Shown here piece by piece: positions 31,341 through 40,691 of a stretch of DNA of 64,000 bases; position 1 is the stretch's first letter, and every line of letters begins with the position of its first letter. Made by a program: the position numbers and the translations under genes. The DNA lies in NCBI GenBank assembly GCA_963753765.1, contig CAVWDQ010000023.1, positions 136,586 through 200,585 of the forward strand, read 5' to 3'. The notes under the pieces are model-generated. The model did no database searches. It was not told the origin of the DNA and saw only the letters and a list, made by a program, of their open reading frames with translations. The DNA comes from an uncultured Bacteroidales bacterium (GTDB taxonomy: Bacteria > Bacteroidota > Bacteroidia > Bacteroidales > GCA-2748055).

Positions 31341-34167
31341 TTACATCATTCTGACCGGCCCAAGTATTCCCACAGGATAATAGCCCTGGTGACTGGTCCA
31401 GCGCTGGGCCACTTTGTGATCCTTCAAGCCCTTGAGATAATTGCCCGTGATGGTGGTCAGCTTCACGGTCAACTGGTTCTCACCACTCTTTATGGCCGAT
31501 CCTACGTTAAAAATATGGTCACCATACCATCTGACCCCCATGGATAAACCATTGATGAAGAGCTCTGTTATTCCCTGCACATCACCCAGGTCAATGAATT
31601 GAGGAAGCTCATCCTCCAGGTGAATCGTTTTCTCATAGAGTACAGTTCCAGCAAAGTTAAGGCCCCACTCCGTATCAGCCAGGTTGGCAAGTTCCTCCAG
31701 AATCACCTCTTGCTGCTCACCATTTAAATGCGTCAATCGCAAATGCCAGGGTCCTGAAAGTCCTATACCCGCGCTAGATGAAATCTCAGGTCCGATGGCA
31801 AACTCTCCCTCCTCCTCTTCAAACACGATAAGCATGGAAGTGGCCCTGGGTAGTCTTATTTCCAATCGCTTGTTGCTACCTTCCGCAGCAAAGGGAAACT
31901 TTTCACCGCTCTCCGGATCCCATCGCCAGGGTTTCAAATGAGGCTCTACCTGGAAATCGGCCATGACCGAAATCTCTTCGGACAGGCTGGAATTGGCCAT
32001 AAAATAGAGAGCATGGCCTCCCAGCTGGTAAGTGCACTGATTCAGGTAGAGGTGGGGATTATTAAATTCCACATAGGGTAAGATTCCCAGGTCCTTTTGC
32101 AGCTTGCCATACCAGGCGAGCAGGTCGGTGCCCGGAGCCGGGTACACTAGTACCTGGCCTTCTGACTGTTCCAACATTCCCTCAACAAGATTTTTGACCA
32201 TCGCATCATCTTCATCCATCTCTAAATAGGAAGCAGATTTATAAGGTTGTTTTCCTATGAAAACAACAGTGCCTCCCGATGCAGCAAAATCAGCAAGCGA
32301 TTGTGCTGTAGCCGGATCAAGGGTCTCAATCTCAGGAAGCAATACAACATGGTATGATCGATTTCCATAGATCATGCTTCCTTTCTGCATTTCGCTTGCC
32401 CTTATTATGCTTTCGCTGATATAATCGCAGCCTCCCCCGTTCTGGTGAATTACCTCCCACAGGTTATGCTGATATTCAGGATACCATTTTTGGGGGAAAG
32501 GATCCCGCTGGGGGCCTTCCTTCAGCCAGAGATCGGTAAGGGGTTGGAGAATGGCCACATTGGCCTGTGGAATTGCGTTTTGCAGCAAATAAGAAATACG
32601 GGCCTTATAGTCGGACCACAATCGAAAATAGGGCCACCAGGTATTCCTCTCATTGAAGTAGGTTCCGTATCGGATCCATCCCGGGAAGGGCACATCCGGC
32701 GGAGAATAATTATAGCCATGGAGAATGGAGTGGTTGACACCGGAGAGATTGCTCTGATCACCGGCTACTTTGATATTTTCGAGGGTGGCCATAAAGGCCA
32801 TGGAAGTGTTGGTGATCTCTTCACAGCTCACCAGGCTTTTTCCTGCCAGGAGGGCCCCTGAAGCCACATATTTATTGCACATAAGGGGAGCCCTGCCCAC
32901 TGGTCCGGTAGCGGGATACTCCCTTCCTACCTCCTTGAATAACCAGGTTTCACATTCGGGGATATCGATTGCCATGCTTGCCTCCAGGGGATGCATCCCC
33001 CGTCCGTAGGCCTGCATCCTGGAAAGCACATTGTTCCGATGGCACCAGGCATTAAAGGTATCAATAAAGCGTTCCTTAAAGAGCTCTATCCGGGTACGGT
33101 AGAAATCCAGTTCCACCCGTTTGAGCATCTGGCTGACTTCCTCCGAAAAGTGGGTCCCGTACTCCTCATCCAGCGGATTTCCCATGTGTCCCACCTTTTT
33201 CAGCACAAAGGGGAAATAGGGCCGAAGGGAATAGCCCCTTCTGACTTCAAATTCCGCAAGCAGGTCATCGTTCCAGTTAGCACCCTCAAGCTCCATACTA
33301 TCGCAGAACATGGCCCTGATATAAGCGCCCATATCCCCGATTTTTCCGGTGATAAAGTCGGAAATCCGTTTCAGATAGGCCTCTGTAGCTTCGGCACTGT
33401 AATGATTCAGGACGGGACCTGCCGCACCCGGAGACCCATTGATGACAGCCATATAACCGGTGAGTTTGACCACATAGTAGAGTACCCACTGTCCTTCCGG
33501 GGCTGTGAAATCAGATTCATCTCCGGAAATATGCTTCATAAGATCTTCTCCTTCCACAAAAGCCTCCGTTCTGGCAGGAATCAGCCGCACCATCAGCAAA
33601 TCCCTGTAAACCTTATCATTTTTTGAATGGATTTCAGGATCAATGCGATTCAACAGCTCCTCCATACTATACGTGTATGTTCTCTCCTCCATTCAGATCA
33701 ATGGTTTCAATGGTGACCATCTGACTCTGCTCCTCCTTCTTCAGAAACTCGCCTCCAAAGGGCCAGCCTGAACCCACAATCATATCACAGATGATCCCTC
33801 TTTCTTTGGCACCCTGAAGGGCCACTTCAAGCATATCCATCCAGCTTTCTTCAAATATGGTAAGGGACTCATATCCCATGGGATCCTCATTTCCCGGAAA
33901 TGCAATGGGATTGATCTCCACACCTCCTATACCTGCTTCCTTCATCACATCCAGCTCCCGCAATATTTCCTCTGCATCCAGGCGGTTTCCGTTCCACCAC
34001 CACCTGACAAATACCCTGGAACTGGCAGGTGGATCCTGAAATCCTTTGAAATACTGATCCAGCCCACCCTCCTGAATGGCCGGATGGACACATCCAAGAA
34101 AGGAATCAATAAATAGTACTCCCGATGAGGCGAGCAGACTGGTTCTGAAGAAATCTCTTCTTTTCAT
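31341..34167 (-). pseudogene. large glycoside hydrolase (GH106-like alpha-L-rhamnosidase family with C-terminal GH2-type sugar-binding domain), one frameshift
   Basis: Minus-strand ORFs 33667-34308 (start ATG 34167, MKRRDFFRTSLLASSGVLFIDSFLGC, then FQDPPASSRVFVRWWWNG) and 31341-33692. The join IDLNGGE / TYTYSMEELL is near 33683. The family assignment is by motif recall. Confidence 0.55.
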
Positions 34168-34256
34168 ATGCAGGGTGTTTTTTTTAAAGATATAAATATT
34201 AGTCCAATCATTTTCGCCTTCCAAAACTTCGGAATTTGCTATATTCAGGGTGACAA

Positions 34257-36005
34257 ATGAGCACTTTATTTCATGGCTATAAAAAGCTGAGTTCCGGCGA
34301 TCTGACACTTTTATACAAAGATGGCGAGATCAGGCAGTTGTGCCTGGGCAGGGTCCAGATACTGAATGCTATTTATGCAGCAGTCAGGGACCAGAACTGG
34401 ACCACTATACCTTTCACCTTGGTTCGGGAGACCCTGGAAGAGAGTCAGGATGGATTTTCTATTAAAATCGACCTGAAATATTCTATGGAAGAGGTCCATT
34501 ACCTGGCTAAGATCTCAATAGAAGCAACAGGTAAGCGGCTGGCAGTTAAATATGATGGAATCTCGGAAAGCTCCTTCCTCAGAAACCGGATCGGTCTCTG
34601 CATCCTGCACCCCATCAAAGAGTGCAAGGGGAAATCAGTCCTCATTACCATCCCGATGGCAGTCAGTCGGAGGGCAGGTTTCCCGGAACTCATCAGCCCC
34701 CATCAGCCCTTTTTTAATATCTCAGGGATGAAATGGAATGCCGGTGAAGGCATCACTGCAGTCTCTGAACTTTGAAGGAGAAGTCTTTCGAATCGGAAGA
34801 CCAGCGCAACTGGACCGATGCCTCCTACAAAACCTACTGCACTCCCCTGGAACTCCCTTTCCCGGTAAAAGTTGAAAAGGGAGATCAGGTACATCAATCA
34901 GTCACACTTTTGGTGGAACCTGAGGCAGAGTCTGAACACCCCTCAGCCACCAACAGCACCAGATCCTCCATTCCTGAAAAACGAATTTTAAAAATCTACA
35001 TCCTCAAAAGACTTTCTCCCTGCCCCGACTTGGCATTGGGCGCACTGCCGAAATAAAGCCTTTGACCCGGGAAGAATCAGAAATTCTATGTACCCTGCCC
35101 TTCAAGCATTACCGGGTGGACCTTCATTTAAACAGGGATGGATGGAAAGAGGTGTTTGATGCTGCAGCTATTAGAGCAGAAACAGCTTGGCTGGCCCCTG
35201 GAACTGGCACTACATTTTGGAAAGTATCCGGGTGAAAAGCTGGAGGCTTTCCTGGAGCATTGCATTGCATATCCCCTGAAAATATCCAGTCATATTCTTG
35301 TGTTTGACCCGGATTTCCTTTCCAATAGTGAATTATTGAATCAAGTGGTTCCCAGGCTGAAAGCGTCCTTTCCTGATATTGCTGTGGGCGGAGGCACGGA
35401 TGCCAATTTTGCGGAGCTGAACCGTAATCCTCCTGACCCAGATCTGCTCGACTTTATCAGCTACTCCATCTGTCCACAGATCCACGCCTTTGACAAGCTG
35501 ACCCTGCTGGAGAACCTGGAGGCCCAGCCGGAGAGTGCAAAAAGTGCACTTAGCCTTCTGGGCAAACCGGTTTCCATAGCGGCTATAACCCTGAAACAGC
35601 GTTTCAATGCAGTAGCCACAGATGATGAAAATGAAAGTCAGGCTTTGCCTGAATCGGACCCCCGCCAGCACACCGCATTTACAGCCGGGTGGACCCTGAG
35701 CAGTATCAGGAACCTGGCCCTGGCCGGTGCCGCTTCACTCACCTATTTTGAAACAGTGGGCCCGAGAGGCATCTTATCCCGACAGGATTCACCAGAGAGA
35801 AATTCTCCCCTCAACTTGTTCAAGGAAATCCTTAGCGACAGAGCAAAGGCAGGTGATTCATGCAGAAAGCAGCCATCCCCTGGAATTTGACTGCCTTGCC
35901 CTGAAGGGACAGAAAAAAGTCAAGTTGTTGCTTGCCAACTATACTGAAACCGAGCTGAACATTGAAATGAGGGGTATGCCTGGAATACCGCACAGCTTCC
36001 CTTAA
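34257..36005 (+). pseudogene. conserved hypothetical protein (about 580 aa), at least four frameshifts
   Basis: Same-strand ORFs at 34257-34775, 34772-35056, a frame-1 stretch at about 34990-35235, 35138-35890 and 35727-36005 tile one continuous region. Plausible protein sequence continues across the frame changes (e.g. RAETA / LGWPLELALHFGKYPGEKLEAF). I do not recognise a family. Confidence 0.4.
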
Positions 36006-36038
36006 ACCATCCGAAATCTATAAAATCACCTACTCCCT

Positions 36039-37683
36039 ATGAGAACAATCCTCCTTTTTACGTCCCTGGCAGCTTTATACCTGTCTTCCTGTAAAAATAA
36101 TACCCCTGCCACAGAAGGAAGTACTTTTAAGTATAGCATCGAAATCCTGGAAGGCGAAACCTGGTGGCCCGGGGTGATTGCCCATGCTCACCTTTTCCCT
36201 CTTACAAGGAGTTCTACCTATTCCTTTGATTTTTTTGGGGACAATGCCGGCAACCAGGGACAGCCCCTTCTGATCTCAAACATGGGCCGCTATATCTGGA
36301 ATGAGGAACCCTTCGCCTTCTCGGTTGACCAGGGAACAATTAGCTGCAGCAGCGATCTGGGAGATTTTCAGGCCGGAGAAGCAGGAAGCACCCTTAAAGA
36401 AGCCTACCTCCATTGCAGCGATACCTTCTTTCCCCCATCCGGGAAAATTCCGGGTGAGGAATTGTTCACCCTGGCCCAGTTCAATACCTGGATCGAGTTT
36501 ACCTACATGCAGAATCAGGAAGGAATCATAGACTATGCCCGCAACATCGTGGCAAATGGCTTTGAACCAGGAGTACTGATGATCGACGAAGGTTGGTTCA
36601 AGACCTATGGAGACTGGGAATTCCACGAAGGACGCTTTCCCGATCCCCACGGGATGATGAAAGAGCTGAAAGAAATGGGCTTTAAGCTGATTCTATGGAT
36701 GTGTCCCTATTATACCCCGGATGGGGCCTTTTGGAAGGAACAGTGGCTCGATTACAGCCGGAAGGGAGATACCATCTGGATCGTCAATGCCGAGAATCCG
36801 GCTTTCCCTGCAGTGATGCAATGGTGGGATGGATTCAGCAATGTAATCGACCTCTCCAATCCCAAAGGAGAAGCCTGGTTTAAAGAGCAACTTGACTATC
36901 TGGTGGAAGAGTATGGGGTGGATGGCTTTAAACTGGACGGGGGCGATTTCCCCCATTACTCAGCCGATCGCTTCCTCACCGGTTTCAGATCTTTCAAACA
37001 GGACATCACCCCCAATGAGCATTCTGAACTGTTTACCAGGATCGGGCTCGATTACCCCTATAACGAATACAGGGCAGCCTGGAAGATGGGGGGACAGCCC
37101 ATTGCCATGCGGTTGCGGGACAAGGCCCATAACTGGGAGGACCTAAGAAAGCTGGTTCCAGGCAGCATAAACCAGGGTCTTATGGGCTATCCCTTTACCT
37201 GTCCGGATCTGATTGGCGGTGGCGAGTACCTCTCATTCCTCAACCTGGAAAGAAGACCAGGAACTGGTGTCCGCGCCGCCCAGTGCCATGCCTATGCCCA
37301 TGATGCAGTTTTTTGTGGCTCCCTGGCGGATTCTGTCGGAGGAGAACCTGGCTATTTGTCTGGAAATGGAAAAGCTGCATGTGGCTCTGGGGGAGGAAAT
37401 CCTGGCACTGGCGCGAGAGTCGGGAATCAGTGGTGAACCCATGGTACGTTCCATGGAATATGCCTATCCAGGTAAGGGCTATGAACTTATTACGGATCAA
37501 TACTTGCTGGGAGAAGAAATCCTGGTGGCCCCGGTCATGGAAAAGGGGGCCAGAAGCAGGGAAATTATTTTCCCGAAAGGTAGCTGGAAAGGCGATGATG
37601 GAAGCGTGGTGGAAGGACCTTTGACCATGGAGGTGAAAGCTCCGCTGGAACGCCTCCCATGGTATAGAAAGCAAAGTAATTAA
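36039..37683 (+). pseudogene. GH31-like glycoside hydrolase lipoprotein, one or more frameshifts
   Basis: ORFs 36039-37436 (frame 0) and 37213-37683 (frame 1). It has lipobox YLSSC, MIDEGWF and GVDGFKLDGGD (YicI-type KxDxGE context). The C-terminal part reads MPMPMMQFFVAPWRIL...GEEILVAPV in frame 1. The change of frame falls around 37250-37300. Confidence 0.65.
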
Positions 37684-37699
37684 TGAACAAAAAAACAGA

Positions 37700-38827
37700 A
37701 TGAATATGTCAGATTTTCAGGCTTTTGAAATGGAGCGCTATATGTCAGTCTATGAAATGGCAGTGAAGTATAATATGTCGGAGAGCGGGGTGCACCCCAT
37801 GCTTCTGCGTGAATTGCTGGCCCTGGAAGAGGGTTCTCTGGAGAAGATGCTGGAGGTTGAGCTGAATTACAGCCATGCAAACGGCAACCCGGAACTCAGG
37901 GAAAACATCGCTGCCATGTATGATGGAGCTACAAAGGAAAATGTGCTGGTTACCGTGGGGGGGATTGAAGCCAACTTTAATGCTCTCACCACCATCTTAT
38001 CGGCAGGAGAAGAGATGGTGTTGATGCTGCCCAACTATATGCAGATATGGGGAGTAGCCAAAAATCATGGAATCAGGATCAAGACTTTTTCCCTCCTCCA
38101 GGAGAAGAACTGGGCCCCCGACCTGGATAAACTGGAAAGTATTGTCAGCAAGGACACAAAGCTGATTGCCATCTGTAATCCCAGCAATCCTACCGGTTAT
38201 ATCCTGACTGAAGATGAAATGGATGCCATTGTGAAAATAGCGGATCGTGTGGGGGCCTGGATCCTGGCCGATGAGGTTTATGCCGGTGCGGAGCAATTGA
38301 CCGATGTTCAAACACCCTCATTTTATGGACGCTACGAGAAGGTTATTGCCGTTGGCAGCATGAGCAAGGCCTACGGATTGCCGGGACTAAGAACCGGATG
38401 GGCTGTGGGGCCGGTGGACATGATTGACCAGATATGGGCCCGCCATGAGTATACCACCCTGAGCACAGCCATGCTTTCCAATACCCTGGCGGCCCTGGCA
38501 CTCTCCGAAAAAGTGCGACCCTCCATCATTGGCAGGACCAGGGACTATATCCGAAAGGGTTATCCCATTCTGAAAGAGTGGATGGAAAGTCACGGGGACC
38601 TTTTAAGTGCGGTTCAACCCCAGGCAGCTGCCATTGCTTTCGTCCGGTATAAGATGGACATAAACTCCACTGAATTTGTGATGCGTCTGCTGAAGGAGAA
38701 AAGCGTGCTGATTATTCCGGGGGACCATTTTGGCATGGACGGATACCTCAGGATCTCCTATGGTCTACCCAAAGACTATCTGATAGGTGGATTGAAGGGA
38801 ATTTCAGAATTGATCGCTGAGCTTTAG
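37700..38827 (+). CDS. class I/II pyridoxal-phosphate-dependent aminotransferase
   Basis: Intact 375-aa ORF with NPSNPTGYIL, ADEVYAG and the SMSKAYGLPGLRTGW (PLP-lysine) motifs. Confidence 0.85.
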   Translation: MNMSDFQAFEMERYMSVYEMAVKYNMSESGVHPMLLRELLALEEGSLEKMLEVELNYSHANGNPELRENIAAMYDGATKENVLVTVGGIEANFNALTTILSAGEEMVLMLPNYMQIWGVAKNHGIRIKTFSLLQEKNWAPDLDKLESIVSKDTKLIAICNPSNPTGYILTEDEMDAIVKIADRVGAWILADEVYAGAEQLTDVQTPSFYGRYEKVIAVGSMSKAYGLPGLRTGWAVGPVDMIDQIWARHEYTTLSTAMLSNTLAALALSEKVRPSIIGRTRDYIRKGYPILKEWMESHGDLLSAVQPQAAAIAFVRYKMDINSTEFVMRLLKEKSVLIIPGDHFGMDGYLRISYGLPKDYLIGGLKGISELIAEL

Positions 38828-38830
38828 ATT

Positions 38831-39793
38831 ATGGAGCTTCTTTCACTTGATCAAATAAAGGACCTTATCCAGGGCTTGGATTTGCTCCCCCAAATCGAAG
38901 CGGGCTTCAGAGCTTACTCTGAGGGAAGGGCTATCGTGCCCCCCGTTGGTGAGATGCTGCTGGACAAGGGGGAGGTTCATATCAAATACGGATTTATCAA
39001 AGGAGATCCCTATTATGTGATCAAAGTGGCTTCGGGCTTTTACGGGAATCCGGCCATGGGATTACCCTCGGGCAACGGGATGATGCTTTTGTTCAATCAG
39101 CATACAGGATCCACCGAGTGTATCCTCCTGGATGAGGGTTACCTGACCAATGTTCGCACCGCAGTGGCCGGGGCCATTGCCGCCCGCTATCTGGCTCCTA
39201 AGAGGGTGGAGCGAATTGGAATACTTGGAGGTGGTGTCCAGGCTCGAATGCAACTGAGCTGGTTGAAGGGGATTCTTCCCTGTCGAAAGGCATTGGTCTG
39301 GAGCATTGATAAAGAAGAACTCGGCCCTTACCAGGCAGATATGGAAGCAGAAGGATTTTCTGTGGAGACCACAGGAGATGTTGCGTGGATTGCGGAACAA
39401 TGCCAGATCATTGTTACCACCACACCTTCAAAAACTCCCCTCCTGCATGCAGGTCAGCTAAAAAAGGGCACACATATAACGGCCATGGGTTCCGATACCC
39501 CAGAAAAACAGGAACTGGATTCTGCCATTCTCCGGGATGCAGATGTGGTGGTGGCCGACAGCATTTCCCAGTGCATGGAAAGGGGAGAGATATTCCGTGC
39601 CATGCAGTCCGGGATGCTTGAAAAGGAAAAGGTCAGGGAGCTTGGCAGGGTGATATCGGGGAAGGAAGCAGCAAGAACTTCAGAGGATCAGATCACAGTG
39701 GCCGACCTCACCGGAGTGGCCGTCCAGGATATTAATATTGCCGCAGCAGTTTTTGAAGCCCACAAGGCGCGAAAGGCTAAAATGAAGCCCTGA
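38831..39793 (+). CDS. ornithine cyclodeaminase / mu-crystallin family protein
   Basis: Intact 320-aa ORF with LTNVRTAVAGAIAARYLAP, the Rossmann motif IGILGGGVQARMQ and GTHITAMGSDTPEKQELD, typical of the OCD/mu-crystallin family. Confidence 0.85.
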   Translation: MELLSLDQIKDLIQGLDLLPQIEAGFRAYSEGRAIVPPVGEMLLDKGEVHIKYGFIKGDPYYVIKVASGFYGNPAMGLPSGNGMMLLFNQHTGSTECILLDEGYLTNVRTAVAGAIAARYLAPKRVERIGILGGGVQARMQLSWLKGILPCRKALVWSIDKEELGPYQADMEAEGFSVETTGDVAWIAEQCQIIVTTTPSKTPLLHAGQLKKGTHITAMGSDTPEKQELDSAILRDADVVVADSISQCMERGEIFRAMQSGMLEKEKVRELGRVISGKEAARTSEDQITVADLTGVAVQDINIAAAVFEAHKARKAKMKP

Positions 39794-39809
39794 TAATAAA
39801 ACCCTGTAT

Positions 39810-40679
39810 ATGAGAATATTGTGCATTATATTTCTGCTGTTTGCAGTTTTAAATTTCCACTCAGCTCAATCCCACTCAGGGCCCGAAATAATCATTTCTG
39901 AGGTGATGCACAACAATACCCCCCACTTTAAGGTGGAGACCAGCACAGCTACCTATTTTATTGAGAAACAGTCGGGGGGCTGCTCCTCGCTTATGGATAG
40001 AGAGGGGCGCGACTGGATCGGTTTTAAACTTACAGGGACAGATGGTCCCACGCTTTCTTCTGATTCGGATTACAGGGGTGTCCCAAACCTGGTATTTCAG
40101 GATCCGGGCAATGGCACAGGGCACCCTGGATTTTCCACTTGTGAAACCTATCAGGTCTCCGTGAACGAACTGGAGGTCCGCTCCCTGGATAAGCTGTGGC
40201 AGTTTCGCTGGATTTTTCATGATAACTTCGCCGAGATCCGTATTGATAAGACCGATGATTCCAGGGCCTACTGGTTTCTCTATGAAGGACCGGTGGCCGG
40301 CAAATTTGCACCGGAGCAGCAATACTGGGGCAACAATGTGGATGGCCTGAGGACCGATACACCAAACATATTTAAAGACCCGGCAAGAGGAAACTGGCAA
40401 TGGGCCTTTTTTGGAGATACTTCGGTAGCTCTTACCCTGTTTGTCGTGAAGGAAAAAGCCGACGATCTGGATGATTTCTTTTGCTACATGGGAAACAATT
40501 CCGAAAAAGGTAATGCTTCAGCCGATGGGATGAATGTCTTTGGCTTTGGACGATCACTCAAGACCGAGCCCCTGTTGAAGGGTCCCAATCGTTTTTACAT
40601 CGGTTTCTTTCACCAGCAGGTATCAGACAGTAAGAATGTCAAGCAACTGAACCAATATATCAATCAACTGATTCAATAA
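39810..40679 (+). CDS. hypothetical secreted protein
   Basis: Intact 289-aa ORF with an N-terminal signal peptide (MRILCIIFLLFAVLNFHSAQS). It is tightly spaced within a same-strand gene run. No family recognised. Confidence 0.5.
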   Translation: MRILCIIFLLFAVLNFHSAQSHSGPEIIISEVMHNNTPHFKVETSTATYFIEKQSGGCSSLMDREGRDWIGFKLTGTDGPTLSSDSDYRGVPNLVFQDPGNGTGHPGFSTCETYQVSVNELEVRSLDKLWQFRWIFHDNFAEIRIDKTDDSRAYWFLYEGPVAGKFAPEQQYWGNNVDGLRTDTPNIFKDPARGNWQWAFFGDTSVALTLFVVKEKADDLDDFFCYMGNNSEKGNASADGMNVFGFGRSLKTEPLLKGPNRFYIGFFHQQVSDSKNVKQLNQYINQLIQ

Positions 40680-40691
40680 ACCCAATCTTTC

